Assembly (NCBI GenBank): GCA_031406795.1
Contig: JANOHV010000244.1
Coordinates: 1 to 49,592, forward strand
Source: Candidatus Rokuibacteriota bacterium
GTDB lineage: Bacteria; JAUVQV01; DATDCY01
Direction of reading: 5' to 3'
DNA: 49,592 bases
The notes under the pieces were generated by a model that was not told where the DNA came from, made no database searches, and worked only from the letters and a program-made list of their open reading frames with translations. Of this stretch, positions 10,601-18,399 are shown in pieces. Both the position numbers and the translations under genes were made by a program. Numbering within the stretch: position 1 is the first letter of the stretch; each line of letters begins with the position of its first letter.

Positions 10601-10960
10601 GCGCCGTTCATGCGCGCTGGGGCCAACCGCGTCTGGGAGGCGGCCAACGTGCTTGCGCTGCGTCGGGGGATGGCGGAGGAGTGGGCGCAAAACGACGAAG
10701 ACCGACGCTTCCTCGCGGCGTGGCTGGAGGCGGTCTCGGCGGCGCGCCTGCTCGGCGAGAACGACCTCTTCTGGCGGCTGCCGCACGTCTGCGGGCCAGG
10801 AGGCGGTGGCGCGCTCTTCCCCTCCTCGCCGCTGATCTACCACGCCAGCCGGTTCCTGCGTTCCGCGCCGGGGGTCGGGCGGCTGGTTGCCCGGCTGGAG
10901 AAGAGTCAGGCCGGCCGCAAGGTGCGCGACCTGGCCATGCGGGTGCTCAAGCGCGGATGA
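7655..10960 (+). CDS. Trimodular glycosyltransferase (GT2-GT4-GT2)
   Basis: GT2: PRVSIIVPAHN, LLNND, FEDCDFC; GT4: PYRGEGFSMKVLDAMALG; GT2: LSVVIPT, ITGDD, YEDVEF. First GTG (7709) cuts the first strand, so CTG 7655 is proposed (see findings). Confidence 0.88.
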   Translation: MNGGGEPTRAAAPRVSIIVPAHNCPELTEACLLSVARHTFIPHEVLLVDDASDEPAAAVFRRLAVGPVRLLHNEVRRSFSANNNLAAREARGEYLCLLNNDTLVTPGWLEALIAVLEREPDIGVLGNKQLFPDRPGLHHAGMAFDQRGFPIHLHPHSDAAAPAVNYQRDVPCVTFACVAIPAAVYRRLDGLDETYRNGFEDCDFCLRARRSGLRVSYTPASVISHYGQKSPNRTQFDDENWQLFQKRHPERERGSLERITGEDQAYNALVRSRPRRSPAAPEGLHFAVDFTAGNAFAWATVSLIEALQATDPGVALSVPWSPRVSPSIPAAQRRLLQGLMKKQPCGTWHVKWSHYWAAHLKQELFGEVNAEFFCTNYRCGPGRHGLDAWLRNVQVNGYHKLPVSRFNLEALQDIGVPERDCAVMPLGYSPEIDRWDPQHSRSPERRKKQLLLVTNSHDLYRYGTDLALAALGAAFGPDDPVVLHIKDYGAASGSHQLRAWIAEQQRFPRVVWHSTFLPKEELIRLYAGMDALLAPYRGEGFSMKVLDAMALGLPVFMPAFGGPTEFAVPGSFLEIPWRRTPVGPCLDRDQFYLGDDAWWCEPDATALAEQLRAWAADDGAARRAGAAAAQHVRGRYTWANAAQRLLDTLRGWRSRQLVSVSLRRQPDERPLSVVIPTKERNDTLVKTLEAYARQSLPAQDYELIIVNDHAPRDPLAAAVEPFRERLPLRVLDNPGPGGPAAARNAGIELARGAIVLITGDDIVPDPEFLKVHVEAHRRFPQLETGMIGLNKWHPDLPLTTFMDHITGKGGQQFNYRGLEDNGPAGFDRFYTSNCSLKRAFLLEEAGLFSTAYSLAAYEDVEFAYRLHLRGFTLRYLAGAIGYHDHAMAPKSFLERQVRTGRMLALLSVQRPSYVPDEHLAFLRAMDFALRQFRAGRRPAQALPPPLGEPLLAIYEWLLALEQVNAGPDPEAPALLHQDAAAWAPFMRAGANRVWEAANVLALRRGMAEEWAQNDEDRRFLAAWLEAVSAARLLGENDLFWRLPHVCGPGGGGALFPSSPLIYHASRFLRSAPGVGRLVARLEKSQAGRKVRDLAMRVLKRG

Positions 10961-11856
10961 GAACGGCCAGCGCCGTCATCCCGAGCGTCGGCACGCGCGA
11001 CTCCCTCGACGATATCATCGCGGTCCTGCGCGGCGAGCGCTGTCTCCGCGAGATCATCATCGCCTGGGATCTTCCCGCCATTCCGGCGCGGATTCCCGGC
11101 TCTTCGCCCGGCCCGGGGGCCGGCGACGCCTCCCGCCCGGACGCTCCCCCGGTGCGTTGCGTCTGCACGGGCGGGGGTCGCGGACCGGGAGCCGCCCGCA
11201 ACGCCGGCGCCGCTGCCGCCCGCGGGGACCTGCTGGTATTCATCGACGACGACGTGATCCCGGCGGTCGGCGCGATCGACGCGCTGGCAGGGGCGTCCGT
11301 CGGGGGAGACACATCGGCGGTCGGCTGCATAGTCCGGCATCCTCGCGTCGCGGACACGCTTTACACCCGATTCGCCTACGCCGGCGCCGTGCACACGGCA
11401 GCGTCCGCGACGGAGCATCCCGATCCCGTCGAGTTCTGCTCCGCGCTGGCTGCCGTGCCTCGCGAGGCCTTCCGGGCGGCGGGGGGATTCGACGAGACGC
11501 TCCGGATCTACTACGAGGACACCGAGCTGGCCTGGCGTCTTGTGCAACACGGAACAGCCTTGCGGTGGTGCCGGCAGGCGACCGGCCTGCACCTGCGCGA
11601 AATGGACCGGGAGTGGTTTCTCGAACGCTGCCGCAACCTTGGCCGGCAGTTGCGGCTGCTGCGCGAGGTCCGACCGGAATTCGCGCGCACGCTGCGGGTG
11701 GTTCCCCCTCGCCTCAACCGACTGGCTCCGGCGTTGGCGGCGGCCTGGCCGCTGCTGAAGCTTGCGCTGCCGCTCGCGGAGCGGGCCCCGGTGAATGTCG
11801 CGCTTCCGGCTCTCAAGCTGATCTATGCAGCTGGTGTCCTCTTCCACCGCAGGTGA
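10957..11856 (+). CDS. GT2-family glycosyltransferase
   Basis: ARNAGAAAARGDLLVFIDDD, GGFDE, YEDTELAWRL; ATGA overlap with upstream stop. Confidence 0.9.
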   Translation: MRTASAVIPSVGTRDSLDDIIAVLRGERCLREIIIAWDLPAIPARIPGSSPGPGAGDASRPDAPPVRCVCTGGGRGPGAARNAGAAAARGDLLVFIDDDVIPAVGAIDALAGASVGGDTSAVGCIVRHPRVADTLYTRFAYAGAVHTAASATEHPDPVEFCSALAAVPREAFRAAGGFDETLRIYYEDTELAWRLVQHGTALRWCRQATGLHLREMDREWFLERCRNLGRQLRLLREVRPEFARTLRVVPPRLNRLAPALAAAWPLLKLALPLAERAPVNVALPALKLIYAAGVLFHRR

Positions 11857-11947
11857 CCCTTCCGCCCCCAGGGGCATCGCGCCCGCCGTCGGGCGTGATC
11901 GCAGTCACTTGAAATGTCCCGGCGATAACCTATTTTCCCTATGCAGG

Positions 11948-11953
11948 TATAAT
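11948..11953 (+). promoter_or_regulatory. Candidate sigma70 -10 box
   Basis: Perfect TATAAT in an AT-richer gap before the secreted cassette; no convincing -35. Confidence 0.45.
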
Positions 11954-11991
11954 AGTGCGGTGCCATGGGCAAGGCACGGAGATGGCGGGCA

Positions 11992-14900
11992 ATGGAATTT
12001 TTTGGTGGCGTGAAGCCGCTCGGTCGGTCGAAGAAGGTCCGGATGGAAGTCGCCTCCTGGCTGTTTGTGGCGCTGGTGGCGGGCGGTCTGACGCTTGGTG
12101 TGTCCCCGTCGCAGGGGGCAGGGGTGTCGGTTCCGAGTGCGGCCTACCCGACCATCCAGTCGGCGCTCGACCTCGCTCCGGACAACAGTCTGGTGGTTGT
12201 CGCCCCCGGGGTCTACGCGGAGGCGCTGCGGGCGGTTTCGCTCGGCAGGTCCCTCTACTTCAAGTCCTCGGGCGGAGCGGCCGTCACCGCGATCGACGGC
12301 GGGACCGTCCGCTCCCTGCTGCAGGTCATCAATGGCGCCGGCGCCAATGAGTTGAAAAACCTCACCTTTGACGGCTTCACCTTCAGGCGGGGGAAGGGCA
12401 CCGGAGCAACCTCACCGGTCCTGATCGCGGACGCGAGCCCGCAGTTCATCAACTGCACCTTTCTCGACAATACTTCAACGGACAAGGGTGGCGCGGTGCT
12501 GGCGTACAGCGCGGCCGGCATCAGAACCGCCCCGCTGTTCGTCAATTGCCTCTTCCAGAACAATCACTCCGACCAGTGGGGCGGTGCGGCGCTGATCGGC
12601 AACGGCGGGGTGATGACGACGCAGCACGTCCAGGCCTCCTTCAAGGACTGCCGATTCTTGAGCAACTCCGCCACCCGGGTCGGGGGGGGCACGAGCCAGG
12701 GCGGCGCGCTCGCCTTCGCCACGGCGAGCGGGAAGATCAGCAACTGCGAGTTCAACGGGAACGTCGCCACCTACGCCGGGGGGGCGATTTCCGCATTCAC
12801 AACTTTTGCCGACGGTACGGGTGTGCTCAACGCCGCCGACACGCTGGAGGTGCAGGGGTCGGTCTTCACGAACAACCACTGCGACGGGGTGGGCGCGCCG
12901 CCGACGGAAGGCGGCGCGATCCATGCCGAGTCAAACCTCACCGTCAAGGTCAGCGGCAGCGTCTTCACGGGCAATTTCGCCCAGGCCTCCGGCGCTCTGA
13001 ACAGCTATCGCGCCAACCTGGAAGTCATGAACAGCGTTTTCGACGGCAACCGGGCCACAGGGACCGGGGGGCTCGGGTTCGCCGGGGCGATCGGGGTGAA
13101 CAATAACGACGACGTCGACGCGGACCGCCGGGAGGCGAGTCTGACGGTCACCGACACCCTGATTCGCAATTCCGTCGCGCCGGTCGGCGGGGGGATCTAT
13201 TTCTCGGGCGACCTCAGATACAACAAGCTCGGTGCCGTCACGCTGACCAACACCACGATTGAAAATTGCCGGGCGACCACCGCCGGCGGCAGCTTCGGCC
13301 ATGGCGGCGGGCTCTTCCTCGACCGGGCGTCCAGTTCGAATTCGAAGCTGTTCCTGCTCAACAACACCGCCGAAGGGTTTGGCGGCGCTCTCGTCATCGT
13401 CTCGGGCACCCAGTTGGCCCTGAACAATTCCTATGTCATCGGCAACAATGCGGCGATAGATCCCTACCTCCACAACCCGACTGCGCTCCCGGTTCAGGCA
13501 CCCGGCACCACCATTGCGTACAGCAACGGTTCTCCGAGCGCCAACCTGGCGGTGATCGCGGCCATCCCCCTCATCACCCTCCAGGGAGTCGATTACCTGA
13601 CGTATGTGGTCGCTCCGTACAGGAATCCGGCCCCCGCGATCGACAATGGGGTCGGGCCGCTTCCCATCAGGGGGAGCAATCCGAATACTTTCGCGGCCGG
13701 AACCTCGATAGCCGGCAGGCTCGCCGATACCACCTTCACCCTGACTTCTTCGGGACAGCCGGCTCAGACTGCCTTCGTCGAATTCGTGCCGAACGGGATC
13801 AAGGGCGTCCCCTACGCCGGGGCGGCGGTGGCCCTCCCCGGGCGGGTGGAAGCCGAGAAGTTCGACAACGGCGGTGAGGCGGTGGCGTATCACGATCTCG
13901 ATGCGGCCAACAACGGCGGCGGGTACCGCCTCGGGGAGAGCGTCGACATCTTTCCCGACGCCGCCGGCGCCAGCAACGGATTCGGCGTCGGTTGGGTCAA
14001 TGCCGGAGAATGGCTGGAGTACTCCGTGAAAGTGACGCTCCCGGGCTGCTATCAGCTGGGTGTCCGCGCGGCAACGCCCTTCGGCGGGAGCCTTTCGCTG
14101 CAGGTAGGCGGCGTTGACGTCGGCAGCGAGTTGGTGGTTCCGAGCACCGGCGGCTTTGCCTCCTGGCAGACGTTCCCCGTGTCGGGGGTCGGGCTGGGTC
14201 AGGGGTCAACCCGACTGCGGCTGACCGCCCTGACGGATGGCGTGAATCTCGACTATCTGGAGTTCACGGCGCTCGGCAACGGCAATCCAGTCGCCCGGGC
14301 CGGCGGTCCCTACACGACCGTTCGGAATATCGCCCGGACTCTGCGGGCGTCCCAGTCCACCGACCCCGACCAGGCGTGCGGGGATGCGGTCGCGAAGTAT
14401 GAATGGGATCTCAATAACGACGGCGTGTTCGGCGTTTTTGCGGCCGACGAGAAACTGTCCTGGCTGCGGATCGTGACCGAGATCTGCGGCGGCAACTGCA
14501 TCGAGGGGGTTTCGTATCCCCTGACCCTGCGCGTAACGGACGGTTCCGGCTTGACGGGCACGGACGTCACGACGTTCACGGTGGTGGCGAAACTCCCCGC
14601 GCCGAACGATTTCGACGGAGACGGCAAGTCCGATTTCGGGGCCTACGATCCGCCGTCCGGGGGTTGGACGCTCTACAAGTCGACCGAGGTCGGCCCCTGG
14701 ACGACGAGCTTCGGCTTCCCCGGGACCTACCCCGTGTCGGGGGACTTCGACGGCGACGGGAAAGGGGATTTCGGCTGCTATTACCCGCCACAGGGCAAGT
14801 GGTACCTGTTCCAGAGCCAGGTCGGGTTCTGGGAGACGGCGTTCGGGTATGACGGCACGATCCCGGTGGTCGGCGACTTCGACGGCGACGGCCGCACGGA

Positions 14901-15417
14901 CTTCGGCTGCTATTACCCGCCGCTGGGGAAGTGGTACCTTTTCCAGAGCCAGAGCGGGTTCCAGGAGACGGCGTTCGGGTATGAAGGCACCATCCCGGTG
15001 GTCGGCGACTTCGATGGTGACGGCCGCACGGACTTCGGCTGCTATTACCCGCCGCTCGGGAAATGGTACCTGTTCAGGAGTTCTCTCGGGTTCTTGGAGA
15101 CGGCGTTCGGGTATGAGGGCACCATTCCGATCGTCGGGGATTTCGACGGGGATGGCAAGGCGGACTTCGGCTGCTACTACCCGCCGCTCGGGAAATGGTA
15201 TTTCTATGCCAGCTCCGAGGGCTTTTCGGAGACCCAGTTCGGCTTCGATGGAACGGAGCCGGTCATCGGGGATTTCGATGGCGACGGTCAATCCGATTTT
15301 GCGGTCTTTCATGGCAAGACCGGCAATCTCTACCTCTTCCAGAGCAGCGCCGGATTCCGCCAGTCGACGCTTGGCTTTATCGGCGACTACCCCCTCGGGG
15401 GAAGGGCCATCCATTAA
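11992..15417 (+). CDS. Secreted multidomain protein: parallel beta-helix, CBM6, PKD-like, six FG-GAP/VCBS-like repeats
   Basis: Signal peptide; YPTIQSALD, repeated GGA(V/I/L) and FxxN; LPGRVEAEKFD...GEWLEYSV...TGGFASWQT...VNLDYLEF; PVARAGGPY...YEWDLNNDG; DFDGDG repeats. Start 11992 or 12043. Confidence 0.87.
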   Translation: MEFFGGVKPLGRSKKVRMEVASWLFVALVAGGLTLGVSPSQGAGVSVPSAAYPTIQSALDLAPDNSLVVVAPGVYAEALRAVSLGRSLYFKSSGGAAVTAIDGGTVRSLLQVINGAGANELKNLTFDGFTFRRGKGTGATSPVLIADASPQFINCTFLDNTSTDKGGAVLAYSAAGIRTAPLFVNCLFQNNHSDQWGGAALIGNGGVMTTQHVQASFKDCRFLSNSATRVGGGTSQGGALAFATASGKISNCEFNGNVATYAGGAISAFTTFADGTGVLNAADTLEVQGSVFTNNHCDGVGAPPTEGGAIHAESNLTVKVSGSVFTGNFAQASGALNSYRANLEVMNSVFDGNRATGTGGLGFAGAIGVNNNDDVDADRREASLTVTDTLIRNSVAPVGGGIYFSGDLRYNKLGAVTLTNTTIENCRATTAGGSFGHGGGLFLDRASSSNSKLFLLNNTAEGFGGALVIVSGTQLALNNSYVIGNNAAIDPYLHNPTALPVQAPGTTIAYSNGSPSANLAVIAAIPLITLQGVDYLTYVVAPYRNPAPAIDNGVGPLPIRGSNPNTFAAGTSIAGRLADTTFTLTSSGQPAQTAFVEFVPNGIKGVPYAGAAVALPGRVEAEKFDNGGEAVAYHDLDAANNGGGYRLGESVDIFPDAAGASNGFGVGWVNAGEWLEYSVKVTLPGCYQLGVRAATPFGGSLSLQVGGVDVGSELVVPSTGGFASWQTFPVSGVGLGQGSTRLRLTALTDGVNLDYLEFTALGNGNPVARAGGPYTTVRNIARTLRASQSTDPDQACGDAVAKYEWDLNNDGVFGVFAADEKLSWLRIVTEICGGNCIEGVSYPLTLRVTDGSGLTGTDVTTFTVVAKLPAPNDFDGDGKSDFGAYDPPSGGWTLYKSTEVGPWTTSFGFPGTYPVSGDFDGDGKGDFGCYYPPQGKWYLFQSQVGFWETAFGYDGTIPVVGDFDGDGRTDFGCYYPPLGKWYLFQSQSGFQETAFGYEGTIPVVGDFDGDGRTDFGCYYPPLGKWYLFRSSLGFLETAFGYEGTIPIVGDFDGDGKADFGCYYPPLGKWYFYASSEGFSETQFGFDGTEPVIGDFDGDGQSDFAVFHGKTGNLYLFQSSAGFRQSTLGFIGDYPLGGRAIH
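14608..15400 (+). repeat. Six FG-GAP-like repeats, 132-bp (44-aa) period
   Basis: DFDGDG begins at 14608, 14743, 14875, 15007, 15139, 15271. Confidence 0.95.
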
Positions 15418-15493
15418 GGCCAGCACGGTGGGAAAGCGCGGCTGAATCGGGGCGACATCTCCGCAATCCAACCAGAGAAAGAGGTGTGCGCGG

Positions 15494-16018
15494 ATGAAGA
15501 GGAATTCTGTTGCGATCGTTCTCACGGCACTGCTGCTGGCTGCGGGATCGCCGGGCGGCGCAGTGATGCGCTCCCTGTCGACTGAGGAGTTGGCGAGATC
15601 CGCCGACGCGGTCGTGGAAGGCGATGTGGCGGATGTCGCCTCGTTCTGGACTGCCGACGGCAAGGCGATCGTCAGCAGAGCCACGGTTGTCGTGACCGAT
15701 GTCGTGCGCGGCTTCCCGGTGCAGAAGACCCTGACGGTCGAGTTCGAGGGCGGCGAGGTCGGGGATGTCGGCATGGGCGTTTCGGACATGGCGACTGTCT
15801 CTCGAGGACAGAGAATCCTGGTCTTTCTCCAGAAGAAGCGCGCATCCCGGGATGCGGGTCATTATGAAATCATCGGCAGAGCCCAGGGGGTCTACAAGGT
15901 CGGCGGAGACCGGGTCGCCAGGAAGAGTGGTTTCTCTCTGGCGCCGGGCAGCGGCGCCGATATCGACAACGACCTCGACGTGGATCTGCTGAAACAGAAG
16001 ATCAGAGGTGCGCGGTGA
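15494..16018 (+). CDS. Secreted hypothetical protein, possible protease propeptide or inhibitor
   Basis: GAGGT SD, signal peptide, LSTEELARSADAVVEGDV...GQRILVFL; GTGA overlap with the protease gene. Confidence 0.8.
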   Translation: MKRNSVAIVLTALLLAAGSPGGAVMRSLSTEELARSADAVVEGDVADVASFWTADGKAIVSRATVVVTDVVRGFPVQKTLTVEFEGGEVGDVGMGVSDMATVSRGQRILVFLQKKRASRDAGHYEIIGRAQGVYKVGGDRVARKSGFSLAPGSGADIDNDLDVDLLKQKIRGAR

Positions 16019-17427
16019 AACGGCCTGCGGGGGGGGGGCACGCCGGGCGGGTGGGCGTCCTTCTGGCGCTGCTCGCGGCTCCGCTTCTGTGCTCCGACGC
16101 CACCGCCTTCCAGGTGACGAGATCGCTCGGTGGCAGAGAGCTTAAGTGGGCTGCGCCTGGCGCGGGCGTCTCGATCAATGAGTCGGGGGGGCCCGCGGGA
16201 GCCGCGGCGGCCATCGTCGCCGGATTCGCGACGTGGACGAATGTCTTCTCGTCCAACTTCGAATTCACGTATCGGGGAGCCACGGCAACCACGCAATTCG
16301 CCGCCAACGACGGCAGCAACAACGTCGGTTTCGGGCTGATCGCGCGGCCGGGCGTGCTGGCCGAGAATACGTATTGGTATACCCCGTCGACCGGGGTGCT
16401 GCTGGACAGCGACATCAAGTTCAACACCGGGGTCACTTGGTCAACCTCCGGCGCACCGGGCGCCTACGACCTGCAAAGCATCGCCACCCACGAGTTGGGT
16501 CACTCGTTGAGCCTGGCGGATCTCTTCGCCGTGAGCGACGCGCAGAAGACGATGTACGGCTTCGCGTTCCAGGGGGAGACGAAACAGAGAACGCTCGATC
16601 GGGACGACATCGACGGCATCACCCATCTGTATCCGGCGCCGCTCGCCGTGCCGGTGGCGGGGGATATCGACGGCGACGGCCGCGCGGACCTGGGCCGCTA
16701 CACCGCCGAAACCGGCAACTGGATCTGGCTGCGGAGTTCGCTCGGACTCTTTTCGACGCAATTCGGCTTCGCCGGCACGGTACCGGTGACCGGCGATTTC
16801 GACGGCGATGCCCGGGCGGACTTCGGGGTGTACTTCGCGCCCTTCGGCCAGTGGGACCTCTTCAAGAGCACCGAGGGCTTCTTCGAGACGCATTTCGGCT
16901 ATTCGGGCACGGTGCCGGTGACCGGCGATTTCGACGGGGACGGCCGGACGGACTTCGGGGCGTATTATGCGCCGCTCGGGAAGTGGTACCTCTTCAAGAG
17001 CACGGAAGGCTTCTTCGAGACGGCCTTCGGTTACGAGGGCACGGTGCCGGTGACCGGCGATTTCGACGGCGACGGCCGGACTGATTTCGGGGCGTACTAT
17101 GCGCCGCTGGGGAAGTGGTACCTCTTCAAGAGCACGGAAGGTTTTTTCGAGACGGCCTTCGGCTTCGAAGGGACGGTGCCGCTGGTCGGCGATTTCGACG
17201 GGGACGGCCGGACCGATTTCGGGGCGTATTACGCGCCGCTGGGGAAGTGGTATCTCTTCCAGAGCACCGTGGGCTTCTTCGAGACGCAGTTCGGTTACGC
17301 GGGCACCATCCCTGTCGTCGGCGATTTCGACGGCGACGGCCGGGACGACTTCGGCGTGAACGATCCCCTCACCGGCGACTGGTATCTCTTCAAGAGCGCG
17401 GAAGGGTTCCTGCAACTCACCTTCTAG
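16015..17427 (+). CDS. Matrixin-like (metzincin) secreted metalloprotease with six FG-GAP-like repeats
   Basis: DSDIKFN, YDLQSIATHELGHSLSLAD, Met-turn KTMYG, LDRDDIDGITHLYP. Confidence 0.9.
   Translation: MKRPAGGGHAGRVGVLLALLAAPLLCSDATAFQVTRSLGGRELKWAAPGAGVSINESGGPAGAAAAIVAGFATWTNVFSSNFEFTYRGATATTQFAANDGSNNVGFGLIARPGVLAENTYWYTPSTGVLLDSDIKFNTGVTWSTSGAPGAYDLQSIATHELGHSLSLADLFAVSDAQKTMYGFAFQGETKQRTLDRDDIDGITHLYPAPLAVPVAGDIDGDGRADLGRYTAETGNWIWLRSSLGLFSTQFGFAGTVPVTGDFDGDARADFGVYFAPFGQWDLFKSTEGFFETHFGYSGTVPVTGDFDGDGRTDFGAYYAPLGKWYLFKSTEGFFETAFGYEGTVPVTGDFDGDGRTDFGAYYAPLGKWYLFKSTEGFFETAFGFEGTVPLVGDFDGDGRTDFGAYYAPLGKWYLFQSTVGFFETQFGYAGTIPVVGDFDGDGRDDFGVNDPLTGDWYLFKSAEGFLQLTF
16663..17424 (+). repeat. 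Six FG-GAP-like repeats, 132-bp (44-aa) period
   Basis: D(I/F)DGD begins at 16663, 16795, 16927, 17059, 17191, 17323; middle copies near-identical. Confidence 0.95.
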
Positions 17428-17443
17428 CCGGCGGCGCGGCCCG

Positions 17444-18214
17444 TCACTTGCGGCAGAGAAAGAAGCCGCGGCCCTGACGCTGGTGGCCTTCGGGGGTGAG
17501 CATGCCCTGGGGGGCCTTCCAGACGAAACCGCAGAACTTGACGTCGCGAAAACCCGCGGCGCGAGCCATGCGCTCGAGGCACTTGGGACCGTAGATCCAC
17601 CAGTTCGAAGTGTCGGCGCCGTAGGCACCCTCGATGAACCAGGCGTGTTCATCGAACTTGGGATCGGTGAGCATCTCCGATTCCAGAATCATCATCTGGC
17701 GGGTGACGGCGGCGACCTTGCAGAGAAAGTCCATCGGGTTCTGGAGGTGGTAGACGACGCCGGTGTTGATGACGACGTCGAACTTTTCGCCATCGGGGGA
17801 GAGCGCGTGGCCGTCGTCGGTGCGGAATTCGATTTCCGATTCGGAGAGGCCCAGGACGCGGCGGACGAAGAGCGCGTGGGCGATATAGTGGGGCTGAACG
17901 TCGATGCCGAGCGCGCGGGTGGCGCCTCTGAGTTTCGCAATGGTGGTGTAGAAGCCGGCGTTGCAGCCGATGTCGAGGACAGATTGGCCGGCGAAACTGG
18001 CGGGGAACCCGTGGGCGTCAAGCACCTTGATAACGTCCGTGGTCATGTGTTGACCGGGGGTCGAGATCGACTTGCCGGCGCGGTCGCGGATGATGATCTT
18101 CTGGTAGTAGCCGTGTTTCTCGATGGCGAGGATCTCGGCCTGGAGAGCCTTGTGCTCGGCGTCGGTCCAGGTGACATCCACTTCGAATCCCTGAGGGGTC
18201 CATGTACATTTCAT
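17444..18214 (-). CDS. Class I SAM methyltransferase (CmoB/DUF1698-like)
   Basis: GQSVLDIGCNAGFY, FDVVINTGVVYHLQNP, SNWWI; AAGGAG SD before ATG 18214. Confidence 0.88.
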   Translation of the reverse strand: MKCTWTPQGFEVDVTWTDAEHKALQAEILAIEKHGYYQKIIIRDRAGKSISTPGQHMTTDVIKVLDAHGFPASFAGQSVLDIGCNAGFYTTIAKLRGATRALGIDVQPHYIAHALFVRRVLGLSESEIEFRTDDGHALSPDGEKFDVVINTGVVYHLQNPMDFLCKVAAVTRQMMILESEMLTDPKFDEHAWFIEGAYGADTSNWWIYGPKCLERMARAAGFRDVKFCGFVWKAPQGMLTPEGHQRQGRGFFLCRK

Positions 18215-18327
18215 GCGCCGCGTTCTCCTTGTCGCGAGGTCGTGAGCCCGAAAACAGCTTCTGCGCCCCTGGTTCGTCGCGCCAGCGGGCAGCTGCTCAC
18301 AAGGGCCGTACAGCCCCCGATGCGTGG

Positions 18328-18364
18328 GATTGTTGACGCTAGCCGGTGATGTGTCAAGGCCTTT
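18328..18364 (-). promoter_or_regulatory. Duplicated promoter/operator element, copy 1
   Basis: Minus strand TTGACA-N17-AACAAT containing TTGAC-N15-GTCAA dyad; 33/37 identical to 19573-19609. Confidence 0.72.
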
Positions 18365-18399
18365 TGCCGCGTCAACTGTTTCGGGACAAGGGCTGCTCT

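Noticed and set aside
12682..12689. G8 runs mid-gene (also 44165-44172) as phase-variation sites
   Set aside because: In-frame Gly codons; such runs are plausible background at this GC content
14608..17424. 132-bp repeats as CRISPR array or diversity-generating retroelement template/variable pair
   Set aside because: In-frame coding repeats with no unique spacers, no obvious adenine-specific variation, and no cas or reverse transcriptase in the window
17444..18214. Calling the methyltransferase cmoB
   Set aside because: Only the generic SAM fold is recognisable; the protein is shorter and lies in a glycan locus
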